A stretch of DNA of 21,679 nt. Origin: an archaeon. Its GTDB lineage: Archaea > B1Sed10-29 > WALL01. This document shows, piece by piece, positions 1-7,780 of this stretch (position 1 is its first letter; the number at the start of each line of letters is the position of its first letter). Position numbers and translations under genes: made by a program. The notes beneath the pieces are model-generated. The model ran no database searches, was not told the origin of the DNA, and saw only the letters and a list, made by a program, of their open reading frames with translations. The stretch covers positions 1 through 21,679 of the forward strand of contig JBHOSQ010000014.1 in NCBI GenBank assembly GCA_042584585.1. Direction: 5' to 3'.

Positions 1-1
1 C

Positions 2-193
2 ATTCTGTCGGAAGACGGGGAAATCGAGAAGCACTTGTGCGACGGAGTGATTAGCCTAAGGCAATACGAAGAGCCCAACGGAGAGTTCCGGAAGCAGCTG
101 CTGGTCTCGAAAATGATTGCCACGAACTTCCCGGTCGCGTGGTACCCAATCACAATCAGCGAGCGTGGGTTTTCGGTAAGGCCGTTTTTGTGA
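2..193 (+). CDS. C-terminal fragment of a KaiC/RAD55-family (RecA-fold) ATPase, 5' truncated by window edge
   Basis: Frame 2 reads ILSEDGEIEKHLCDGVISLRQYEEPNGEFRKQLLVSKMIATNFPVAWYPITISERGFSVRPFL*. The 'DGVI.L', 'L.V.KM..T' and 'ITI.ERG' pattern is typical of KaiC-like C-termini. Confidence 0.75.
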   Translation: MLSEDGEIEKHLCDGVISLRQYEEPNGEFRKQLLVSKMIATNFPVAWYPITISERGFSVRPFL

Positions 194-200
194 AAAAAAA
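193..200 (-). terminator. Oligo-T tract, probable archaeal terminator of tRNA-Gln
   Basis: A8 on + strand (T8 on - strand) 2 nt past the tRNA 3' end. Confidence 0.55.
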
Positions 201-202
201 GA

Positions 203-275
203 TAGCCCCGCCCGGATTCGAACCGGGGCCGCCTGCTCCAAAGGCAGGAATCCTTGGCCACTAGACTACGGGGCT
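203..275 (-). tRNA. tRNA-Gln (anticodon TTG)
   Basis: Reverse complement AGCCCCG TAGTCTAGTGGCCAAGGAT T CCTGC CTTTGGA GCAGG CGGC CCCGG TTCGAAT CCGGG CGGGGCT A folds as a cloverleaf. A1-U72 pair is typical of archaeal tRNA-Gln. No intron and no encoded CCA. Confidence 0.96.
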
Positions 276-284
276 TTTACGGGT

Positions 285-306
285 GACGTTGACTTGGGTC
301 AACGTC
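285..306. repeat. Perfect 9-bp hairpin in the tRNA-Gln leader
   Basis: GACGTTGAC-TTGG-GTCAACGTC; the loop reads CCAA on the transcribed (-) strand. Confidence 0.85.
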
Positions 307-350
307 CAATTCCACAACGTCGGTTGCTGAGGCTATTCTGTATTAGTGGT

Positions 351-358
351 TATTTAAA
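351..358 (-). promoter_or_regulatory. TATA box, probably for tRNA-Gln
   Basis: TTTAAATA on the - strand just past the carS stop codon. Confidence 0.5.
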
Positions 359-363
359 TCTAG

Positions 364-879
364 CTACCACGGCACTTTTTTAAGCCCTATTTTGTATGCT
401 GCCACGTTGGTGCCGACGTGGAGGAAAGCAGTCATCACCAGGATCCCCAAAAGCTCGGGAATTGACGGGAACGGGATTGGCACCCACGCCTGCAGGAGCC
501 AGTGCCCAAAAAACGCGAAGAGCACGAAGTCCCACTGGTCCAGGAAAGGCGCGGCCTGTCCAGGCTTCAAGTCAAAGCGGCGCTTCACGAACGAGCCCGC
601 CGAGTCACCGACCATGGCAAAAAAGGATAGTACTAGCGCCAAAATGGCACGGGGATAAAGCGAGCCCTCCACAAACCCGAGGATTAACCCGACAACGAGC
701 CCGACGAAGACCGCGAAGACAAACCCCTTGATGGTCTTTCCCTTGCCAAGCAAAGGGCGGCCGTCGATAAACTTGAGGTTTTGGTCGAGGGGCGTCCGGC
801 CCTTTGCCAGGACGGCAGAGCCGTTGGCCACGTACGCTGGCAAGATGTACCAGAAGATTGCGACTAAGGCCTCAAGCAT
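364..879 (-). CDS. carS: CDP-archaeol synthase (CDP-2,3-bis-O-geranylgeranyl-sn-glycerol synthase, DUF46)
   Basis: Motifs LPAYVANG, PLD...FIDGRPLLGKGKT, GD..GSF.KRR, DQWDF and KKVPW C-terminus. Start taken at ATG 879 (MLEALVAIFW). Confidence 0.93.
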   Translation of the reverse strand: MLEALVAIFWYILPAYVANGSAVLAKGRTPLDQNLKFIDGRPLLGKGKTIKGFVFAVFVGLVVGLILGFVEGSLYPRAILALVLSFFAMVGDSAGSFVKRRFDLKPGQAAPFLDQWDFVLFAFFGHWLLQAWVPIPFPSIPELLGILVMTAFLHVGTNVAAYKIGLKKVPW

Positions 880-949
880 CAAAAAAGGTTTCTCGCCGCG
901 CACTTTTAATAATATTGGTTTATATTCCCCTTCTCCCTCAACAAAAAGC

Positions 950-1102
950 ATGTCACGCTTCAGGGAAACCTGTCCCAACTGCTACATGAACAAAGGATAC
1001 TCAATAGCCCTGAAAGACAAAAACGGCGCCTGGGAATGCGAACAATGCGGCAGCCGGTACACTGTCGGCGAAGACGGCTATTTCAAGAAAGCGCGGGACT
1101 AA
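950..1102 (+). CDS. Small zinc-ribbon protein (50 aa)
   Basis: MSRFRETCPNCYMNKG...WECEQCGSRY has two CxxC pairs. A TTTATA element lies ~30 nt upstream. Confidence 0.75.
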   Translation: MSRFRETCPNCYMNKGYSIALKDKNGAWECEQCGSRYTVGEDGYFKKARD

Positions 1103-1368
1103 ACCTTGTGTTCCTCTTCCTCGTGGGCCAAGCCCAATATTTCCTTATAGGCAGTCCGCGTCTTTTTGAAGCCATAAGACTCGTGGCCATAGTCCATGTG
1201 GAACGCCACCAAAGCATAAGTGTTTTTGGGGCCGTTCACCAATAGCCCGGTCACGGACTTCGGGTTCTTCTTCAAGAACTGCTGCATCAACAGCGTCGCG
1301 ATTTGCTTTTCCGCCGTCTTGGTGTGTATCTTTTCCGGGGCACTCCCGCGGAAATAGTCCACCACCAT
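1099..1368 (-). CDS. Hypothetical protein (~89 aa)
   Basis: Open frame with host-like codon use and GTGAG SD-like motif upstream. Follows 1405..1800 in the same orientation. No family recognised. Confidence 0.65.
   Translation of the reverse strand: MVVDYFRGSAPEKIHTKTAEKQIATLLMQQFLKKNPKSVTGLLVNGPKNTYALVAFHMDYGHESYGFKKTRTAYKEILGLAHEEEEHKV
1167..1192. repeat. 26-bp inverted repeat, left copy
   Basis: TGAAGCCATAAGACTCGTGGCCATAG is the exact reverse complement of 1390-1415. Confidence 0.95.
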
Positions 1369-1389
1369 CAAAATCTCACTTATCGCGAG

Positions 1390-1415
1390 CTATGGCCACG
1401 AGTCTTATGGCTTCA
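1390..1415. repeat. 26-bp inverted repeat, right copy
   Basis: CTATGGCCACGAGTCTTATGGCTTCA spans the stop codon of the 131-aa ORF and part of the intergenic gap. Confidence 0.95.
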
Positions 1416-1800
1416 GGAAAATAACGTTTGTAATGTTCGCCGAGCGCCTTCGGACAAGCGGCGTGAAATCGGAAAACAGCTTGTCGGACTTGTCCGGCTT
1501 CATCTCCTTAACAGTCGACACCACAACGTGTGACACCACGTGGTCCAGCACGTCCTTGAAATGCCCCTCAAAGTCAATCGTGACCACACGGTTCAAATAA
1601 GTCTTCAGCAGCTTGGGGTGCACCTTCGAAAGCTTCAGGTTAGGGATGTCCAGCGAGCCGCTGTGGTAGACCCTTCGCCCCTCCGCGAGCATGAGCATGC
1701 TCTGGGGCTTCTGGAACTTTCCCTTGAAGTGCAGCTCGACCTCTTTCCCACTGAGCTCGAAGACCTCGTCCTTCTTAACCACTTCCTTTTTCGGCGCCAT
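1405..1800 (-). CDS. Hypothetical protein (131 aa)
   Basis: ATG start preceded by GGGGGTG SD-like motif. Lys-rich N-terminus. No family recognised. Confidence 0.75.
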   Translation of the reverse strand: MAPKKEVVKKDEVFELSGKEVELHFKGKFQKPQSMLMLAEGRRVYHSGSLDIPNLKLSKVHPKLLKTYLNRVVTIDFEGHFKDVLDHVVSHVVVSTVKEMKPDKSDKLFSDFTPLVRRRSANITNVIFLKP

Positions 1801-1856
1801 GCACCCCCTATTTCCCGGCGAGGGTATTTAAGGATAGTGGGGCAAAAGCAAAGCCA

Positions 1857-2579
1857 GTGATTGGAATAGTCTACTCCGAAAAAGACTTGGCAGGCAAGGG
1901 GATAGCCGCGGAACTGAAGGCAATTGGCTGCAGGCACGAGCTGGTCAAAATCACGCAGGACATTATCTATCCAAAAGGCATCGACGCGCTCGGAATGGAA
2001 TTCCTGGTCTTCGCGTCGAGGCACAAAAGCAGCTCCGGCACAAAGTCCCTGACAGTGCACTCCACCGGAAACTTCGGCAAGGCCGAGTTCGGGGGAAGGG
2101 ACAAAGAACTGCAGGCCACGCTCGCCAACGCCAAGCACAATATTTACTTGGAGCTGGTTGGCTGTGCGCTTGACTATGGGGTCACACTCGAGGCAACACA
2201 CCACGGCCCGACCGAATTCAAGACGCCCCTTTTTTTCGTGGAAATCGGGTCAAGCGAAGAGCAGTGGGCAGACAAAAAAGCCGCGGAATTCGTCGCGGAA
2301 TGCATAGCGCGCGGGCTCGACAGCAAAAAAAAGCACCCGCACGCCATCGGGTTCGGCGGCGGGCACTACGCACCGAAGTTCTCTGGGATGGAAGAAGTCG
2401 CGTTCGGGCACATCTGCCCAAAGTACGCCGCGGGATTGTTGGATGGGGGATTAATCCAGCAGATGGTGGAAAGGACCGTGGACGGCGTGGGCCACGCAGT
2501 GATTGACGAGAAAGGGCTCAAGGGCGGGCAGAAGCTAGTGATAAAGCGGGCGCTGGACGGGCTGGGCATCGACTACTGA
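1857..2579 (+). CDS. dtdA: D-aminoacyl-tRNA deacylase (archaeal DTD2)
   Basis: Motifs FASRH.S, SLTVHSTGN, TLEATHHGPT, FVEIGS, GFGGGHYAP and GHICPKY. Confidence 0.95.
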   Translation: MIGIVYSEKDLAGKGIAAELKAIGCRHELVKITQDIIYPKGIDALGMEFLVFASRHKSSSGTKSLTVHSTGNFGKAEFGGRDKELQATLANAKHNIYLELVGCALDYGVTLEATHHGPTEFKTPLFFVEIGSSEEQWADKKAAEFVAECIARGLDSKKKHPHAIGFGGGHYAPKFSGMEEVAFGHICPKYAAGLLDGGLIQQMVERTVDGVGHAVIDEKGLKGGQKLVIKRALDGLGIDY

Positions 2580-2589
2580 CGGGGAGAGA

Positions 2590-2597
2590 TTTAAAAA
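2590..2597 (+). promoter_or_regulatory. TATA box of tRNA-Leu
   Basis: TTTAAAAA with purine-rich BRE-like GGAGAGA upstream, ~30 nt before the tRNA. Confidence 0.65.
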
Positions 2598-2624
2598 CCA
2601 ACTAACCCAAGAATAATAGCCTAC

Positions 2625-2710
2625 GCAGGGGTAGCAAAGTCTGGTCAAATGTGCTAGGTTCAGGGCCTAGTGGCTTAGTGCCTTCGAGAGTTCGAATCTC
2701 TCCCCCTGCA
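2625..2710 (+). tRNA. tRNA-Leu (anticodon CAG)
   Basis: Acceptor GCAGGGG/CCCCTGC-A; anticodon arm CTAGG-TTCAGGG-CCTAG; long variable arm GGC-TTAGT-GCC; T arm GAGAG-TTCGAAT-CTCTC. Confidence 0.96.
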
Positions 2711-2730
2711 CTCCCGGGCAATCGCAGTCT

Positions 2731-2761
2731 GGGGTGCCGCGCCAATTGGCGGCGGCACCCC
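2731..2761. repeat. GC-rich hairpin between tRNA-Leu and coaBC
   Basis: GGGGTGCCGC-GCCAATTGGC-G-GCGGCACCCC: a 10-bp perfect stem enclosing a self-complementary 10-mer. Confidence 0.85.
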
Positions 2762-2775
2762 CTGAGGCAATTCGC

Positions 2776-3987
2776 ATGCTGAGCATAAAGGAAAGCAAAA
2801 GCTCGCTGCTCGCGGGCAAGAAAATCACTATCTGCGTAGCCGGCAGCGTGGCAGTTGTAAGGGTGCCGGAACTGGCACGCGAATTGATTCGGCACGGTGC
2901 CAACGTCCGAATAGTCGCGAGCGACGCCGCGCTGGAACTGGTCGGCGAAGCGCTACTGGAATGGGCGAGTGAAAACCCCGTCGTGGACTCGCTCACCGGA
3001 AAAATCGAGCACGTTGAATTGGGGGCTTATGCCGACCTGGTTCTTGTGTGCCCCGCCACCGCGAACACGATAAGCAAAATTGCGATGGGGATTGACGACA
3101 CTCCGGTGACAAGCACTGTGACTTGTGCGATTGGCGCCGACAAGCCAGTCGTCGTGGTGCCGGCCATGCACAAGTCAATGTACACTCACCCCATAGTCGC
3201 GGACAACCTCGCGAGGCTGGAAGCAATCAACGCCAGAGTCGTGCGGCCGAAACTGGCCGAAGGAAAGGCAAAGCTCGCCGGCAACGGCGAAATAACCGAA
3301 ATCGTGATTGCCACGCTCACCAAAAAAGACTTGGCCGGGAAAAAGGTTGTGGTCGCGGCCGGCCCGACGTACGAAGCGATTGACGCGGTGAGGGGAATCA
3401 CAAACCTGTCCACTGGCAAGATGGGAATCGAGATGGCCAAGGCAGCGCACCGCAGGGGCGCCAACGTTGTACTTGTTTACGGCCCTGGGAAGCACGAGCC
3501 CCCCGAATGGATAAGCACGACAAGGGTGCTGTCCGCCGACGAGATGGCAGAAGCAGTCAAAAAAGAGATGAATGGGGCGGACGCGCTAATCAGCCCCGCG
3601 GCAGCCGCGGACTACCGGCCCGCAGTCATGTTCACAGAAAAAATCGAGTCAAGCGAAGAAATGCAGCTCGCCCTCGTCCCGACCAGCAAAATTGTGACGG
3701 AGGCCCGGGCACTGTTCCCGGACAAGGTCATCGTAGGGTTCAAGCTTGAGACAGAAAACCTGGCGGAACGGGCGTACAAAAAGCTTCTTGAGGACGGCCT
3801 GGACCTGATAGTGGCGAACCACGCCAGCGCGATTGGCGCGGACGAAGTGGATGTTCATTTGATTGACAAGGGCGGCAGGGTGACTTCTTTCTCCGGCAGC
3901 AAGACACAGATTGCTGGGTTCGTGCTTGACGCCGTTGTGGGGCTTATGCCTGCAAGGCAAGAAATCGAGGACAAAACTATTTCTTAG
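2776..3987 (+). CDS. coaBC: Bifunctional phosphopantothenoylcysteine decarboxylase / phosphopantothenate-cysteine ligase
   Basis: Motifs [61 protein letters not shown] and DLIVAN. Confidence 0.96.
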   Translation: MLSIKESKSSLLAGKKITICVAGSVAVVRVPELARELIRHGANVRIVASDAALELVGEALLEWASENPVVDSLTGKIEHVELGAYADLVLVCPATANTISKIAMGIDDTPVTSTVTCAIGADKPVVVVPAMHKSMYTHPIVADNLARLEAINARVVRPKLAEGKAKLAGNGEITEIVIATLTKKDLAGKKVVVAAGPTYEAIDAVRGITNLSTGKMGIEMAKAAHRRGANVVLVYGPGKHEPPEWISTTRVLSADEMAEAVKKEMNGADALISPAAAADYRPAVMFTEKIESSEEMQLALVPTSKIVTEARALFPDKVIVGFKLETENLAERAYKKLLEDGLDLIVANHASAIGADEVDVHLIDKGGRVTSFSGSKTQIAGFVLDAVVGLMPARQEIEDKTIS

Positions 3988-4615
3988 CGTTCGCCCAGTC
4001 CTCAAGGAATCGCTTTACCCCAATGTCGGTCAGCGGATGATTGTACAGCTGCGCCATCACCTTGGGGGGGATGGTCGCAATGTCCGCGCCGGCCTGGGCG
4101 CAGTCAACAACGTGTAGCGGGTTGCGGATGCTTGCCGCGATGACCTCGGTGTTGAAGGCATAATTGCCGTAGACGTCCATGATCTCCTGGACCAGTGCCA
4201 CTCCGTCCTCGCCGACGTCGTCCAAGCGGCCGAGGAAAGGGGAGACGAAACTGGCCCCGGCAACCGCGGCGAGAATCGCCTGTGGCGTGGAAAAAATGAG
4301 TGTCACGTTTGTGCTGATGCCAGCGTCCGCACAGAGCCGCGTGGCCTTGATCCCCTCTTCGGTCATCGGGATTTTCACCACGATGTTCTTGTGCCACGAC
4401 GAAAGCTCCTGCGCCTCCTTGAACATTGTGCCGGAGTCCTCGGCTGTCGCCTCCGCGCTGATTGGGCCGTCGACAATCGAGCAGATTTCATCGACTACCT
4501 CGCGGAAGTTGCGGCCTGACTTCATTATCAATGACGGGTTGGTCGTTACGCCGCTAAGCAAATGCGCGTATTTCTTTATCTCGGAAACATCAGCAGTGTC
4601 TAGGAATAGCTTCAT
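3977..4615 (-). CDS. tal: Transaldolase (short TalC/FSA type)
   Basis: Motifs [45 protein letters not shown] and HPLTD.G..RFL.DW. Confidence 0.95.
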   Translation of the reverse strand: MKLFLDTADVSEIKKYAHLLSGVTTNPSLIMKSGRNFREVVDEICSIVDGPISAEATAEDSGTMFKEAQELSSWHKNIVVKIPMTEEGIKATRLCADAGISTNVTLIFSTPQAILAAVAGASFVSPFLGRLDDVGEDGVALVQEIMDVYGNYAFNTEVIAASIRNPLHVVDCAQAGADIATIPPKVMAQLYNHPLTDIGVKRFLEDWANAKK

Positions 4616-5529
4616 TTCATCAAATCCTTCGCGGCCTTGGCAATGTTGCTGCCAGAAAGCCCGTACTTCTTGATTAGCTCGTCGGGCTGGCCGGACTCGC
4701 CGAAAGTGTCGTCCGTGCCAATGAACCGCATGGGGGTTGGAGTGGTAATGGAAAGGAATTCCGCGACCGCGGAGCCAAGGCCGCCAATGCGGCTGTGCTC
4801 CTCACACGTCACGATACGGCCGGTCTCTTTCGCTGCTTTTAGGACTGCTTTTTCGTCAAGCGGCTTCACGGTGTGCATGTTCAGGACACGGGCGCTTATC
4901 CCTGCTTTTTTGAGGGAGTCCGCGGCAGCAAGGGCCTGGTGGACCATGTAGCCGCACGCGATAAGGGTTACGTCGCTTCCGTCCCTTAGGAGATTTGCTT
5001 TGCCCAAAGTGAACTTGGACTCTTCCAAATCAGGGACCTTGGGGCGGCCTAAGCGGAGATAGAACGGGCCGTCAGAATCGGCGATGGCGAACACCGCCTT
5101 GCCGGCCTCGGTGGCGTCGGCAGGCACCACAACCCGCATATGCGGGAGGGCGCGCATCAGGGAAATGTCCTCGAGCGCCTGGTGCGACGCGCCGTCCTCG
5201 CCCACCGTGAGCCCGGAATGGGTCGCCGCGATTTTTACGTTTAGCTTGGGATAGGCGACTCCGACCCTGATTTGGTCGAGGCAGCGGTTCGTCGCGAAGA
5301 CCGCGAACGTGCTCGCGAACGCAATCTTGCCGCTGGACGCCAGGCCCGCCGCCATGCCAATCAAGTTGGCTTCGGCAATGCCTGCGTTAAAAAAGCGGTC
5401 TGGGAACTTGTCCGCAAAGACCTTTGTTTTTGTTGAACAGGATAAGTCCGCGTCCAGCGCGACAACGCTTGGGTTCTTCTCACCAAGCTCGGCCAACGCT
5501 TTTCCGTAGCCGTCACGGGTCGCCATCAT
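4612..5529 (-). CDS. Transketolase, C-terminal subunit
   Basis: Motifs [34 protein letters not shown] and EEHS..GGLG. ATGA overlaps with both neighbours. Confidence 0.95.
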   Translation of the reverse strand: MMATRDGYGKALAELGEKNPSVVALDADLSCSTKTKVFADKFPDRFFNAGIAEANLIGMAAGLASSGKIAFASTFAVFATNRCLDQIRVGVAYPKLNVKIAATHSGLTVGEDGASHQALEDISLMRALPHMRVVVPADATEAGKAVFAIADSDGPFYLRLGRPKVPDLEESKFTLGKANLLRDGSDVTLIACGYMVHQALAAADSLKKAGISARVLNMHTVKPLDEKAVLKAAKETGRIVTCEEHSRIGGLGSAVAEFLSITTPTPMRFIGTDDTFGESGQPDELIKKYGLSGSNIAKAAKDLMK

Positions 5530-6326
5530 TGCAATTCCTCCAGTGCCTGCTCGAGCTGCTGTTGGTCCGCAGGCGTCCCGTGGAATCCCGCGACGTTCTC
5601 CATGAACGAGACCCCGCTCCCCTTGATGGTGTTGGCGATGATTGCGACCGGCTTGCCTTCCTCTCGGTGCGCGAGCGCAGCCATTATTTCCGGAATGTTG
5701 TGGCCGTTGATTTTGATTACGTGCCAGCCGAATGCGCGCCACTTCGCCGCGAACGGCTCAATCGCCATCACGTCCTCGGTGAAGCCGTCAATCTGCAGGC
5801 CGTTGCGGTCGATGACGACGGTCAGGTTGTCGAGATGGTAGTTCGACGCGGCCATTGCCGCCTCCCACACCTGGCCTTCTTGGCACTCGCCGTCTCCGAC
5901 GAGGCAATAAATGTGATTGTCCCGCTTGTCAAGCCTTGCTGCCAATGCCATGCCGACAGAAATCGAAAGCCCCTGGCCAAGCGAGCCGGTGCACGCCTCG
6001 ACCCCCGGAGTTTTCATGGACGGGTGGCCCTGCAAGTGGTGGCCGATTTTGCGGAGGCCCTTGAGGTCGGAGAGTGGGAAATAGCCGGCTTCTGCGAGGG
6101 CTGCGTACAGGGCTGGAGCTGCGTGGCCCTTGCTCAGGACAAAGCGGTCCCGCTCAGGCCAGTTCGGCTCCTTTGGCTTGTGCCGCAGCGTGTGAAAATA
6201 CAGTGTCGCTAGCACGTCCGCAGCAGAAAGCGAGCCGCCAGGATGGCCGGAGCCCGCGGTTGTCGTCGCTTCACAAACATGCCTGCGAATGGCCTTGGCC
6301 TTTTTGGATACGTGGTTGGCGTCCAT
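5526..6326 (-). CDS. Transketolase, N-terminal (TPP-binding) subunit
   Basis: Motifs SGHPGGSLS, DRFVLSKGH, LQGHP, TGSLGQG and GDGE..EG..WEA. AAGGAG SD upstream. Confidence 0.96.
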   Translation of the reverse strand: MDANHVSKKAKAIRRHVCEATTTAGSGHPGGSLSAADVLATLYFHTLRHKPKEPNWPERDRFVLSKGHAAPALYAALAEAGYFPLSDLKGLRKIGHHLQGHPSMKTPGVEACTGSLGQGLSISVGMALAARLDKRDNHIYCLVGDGECQEGQVWEAAMAASNYHLDNLTVVIDRNGLQIDGFTEDVMAIEPFAAKWRAFGWHVIKINGHNIPEIMAALAHREEGKPVAIIANTIKGSGVSFMENVAGFHGTPADQQQLEQALEELQ

Positions 6327-6373
6327 TGGCTAACTCCTTTAGTAGATGACACTTAATTAGAGAGTGAAAGGGT

Positions 6374-7732
6374 TTAAATTTGTTTTCGTGCCAGAAGCTT
6401 TTCAAGCTCGGATAAGAAGGCTTTTCTCTGTTCCGGGGGGAAATGTGCCCCCGCGGCGATGTTATGGCCGCCGCCCTCTCCGCCGACCGCCTGGGCGGCT
6501 TCCTTCAAAGACTTGCCAAGGTTAATGCCACCTCGGACCAATGGCCATGTGGCCCGCCCCGAGGCCTTCATCTTGCCCTCTTCCTCGTCAAACGAGAGGC
6601 CGATGATTGGCTTGTCCTGCTGGATTATCTGGGCGCCGTAAAGCATTCCCGCAATCACGCCGATGAGCGTGTCCTTGATTGCGTCGCCGGCGTCCAAAAG
6701 GTAAAAGGTCCTGTGGTCCTCGACCCCGTGCTCCTTAGCCCACTGGATTCCCTCGCGCAGCATTCGGCGGTGGTTGAGGAGAAGGGCTTCGGCTTCCTTG
6801 TAGAAGGCATCGCGGTCTCCCTTCGCGACCTCGAGCCCGATTTTTCCCTGCTCGTGGCGGCCGCACGCGTTCAGCATTGTGGCAAAGTCCTTCGAGTCCT
6901 TCACCATGGACTTGTCCTGCTCGTTGGTCAATTCGTATACTTCGCCGACCAGCGATTTCAGGTATCGGTCGGGGACTCGCTGCTGCTTGCCGTAGACAAA
7001 GAGCCCCGACAACAATTTTTTCTTTTGCTCGTCGTCTAGGTCGACGTAGCGCAGCCACTCGTCCCCGCGGCGGATTGGGATGCTTAAGTCGTTGAGGAAG
7101 TTTACTGCCGCGTCCTCGTTCCCGGTAAGGCCGGGGAAGATGGGGTCGGACGCGAACATCAGGAATTGCTTAAGCGGGCGGGAGTGCCTGCCGAAGAGGC
7201 GGATGTCGGTCTTGGCAGTGATTACTTTTTCTTTTTCCGCGTCCGCGAGGATTTCTCGGTTGAAGCCCACTAGCTTGCCGGTGGAGTCTTGCATGTCGCC
7301 GACCGCGCCGACGATTGCGATTGCTGACAAGTCGCGGAACCCGAACTCGCGCGCGACGAGGTAGGACATGCCCGCGCCGCTGATTTCCGTGGCGCCGTCA
7401 AGCCCGATTAAGTGGGCGTTGAAGTGCGGCTTGTCAGTCTCGCCGAGCGTTGCGTGGTGGTCGATGATTGCGTAGTTGGAGAGGTGTTCTTCTAGGACAG
7501 GGATTTGGCCGCTGCCGAAGTCCGCGAAAATGTGGTTCTTTCCTTCTTTGATGAGGGAAATGCGCTCGGAGTCCATCTGCTTGGTCGGGATGACGGTGTG
7601 CTTCTTGCCGAGCCTGTCGAGTAAAGAAGAAATGATTGCGCCGGCGGATAAGCCGTCCGCGTCGTAGTGGCAGACGACCATGAACTCTTCTTTGTCCTTT
7701 ATGAAGTCGACTACCCGAGCTAGCTGTTCCAT
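6374..7732 (-). CDS. DHH-family phosphoesterase / RecJ-like (GAN/Cdc45-related) nuclease
   Basis: Motifs HYDADG, FADFG, IIDHH, GAVGDMQ, LNACGR and DHHA1 GGGH..AAG are all intact. Confidence 0.92.
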   Translation of the reverse strand: MEQLARVVDFIKDKEEFMVVCHYDADGLSAGAIISSLLDRLGKKHTVIPTKQMDSERISLIKEGKNHIFADFGSGQIPVLEEHLSNYAIIDHHATLGETDKPHFNAHLIGLDGATEISGAGMSYLVAREFGFRDLSAIAIVGAVGDMQDSTGKLVGFNREILADAEKEKVITAKTDIRLFGRHSRPLKQFLMFASDPIFPGLTGNEDAAVNFLNDLSIPIRRGDEWLRYVDLDDEQKKKLLSGLFVYGKQQRVPDRYLKSLVGEVYELTNEQDKSMVKDSKDFATMLNACGRHEQGKIGLEVAKGDRDAFYKEAEALLLNHRRMLREGIQWAKEHGVEDHRTFYLLDAGDAIKDTLIGVIAGMLYGAQIIQQDKPIIGLSFDEEEGKMKASGRATWPLVRGGINLGKSLKEAAQAVGGEGGGHNIAAGAHFPPEQRKAFLSELEKLLARKQI

Positions 7733-7780
7733 TGGGAAGGGTTAGGACTAGAGGGGTTTATCTGTGTTTACCTTCTGGGG

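Noticed and set aside
1167-1415. Inverted repeat as MITE/IS terminal repeats or CRISPR repeats
   Set aside because: No flanking target-site duplication or transposase; both copies overlap intact-looking coding sequence; only two copies, in inverted orientation.
203-2710. Segment between two tRNAs as an integrated element
   Set aside because: No integrase or duplicated tRNA 3' end, and the content is largely housekeeping (carS, dtdA).
3160-3280. CoaC half has PAMH and lacks the bacterial catalytic-Cys clamp motif
   Set aside because: This is a known feature of archaeal CoaBC proteins, not inactivation.
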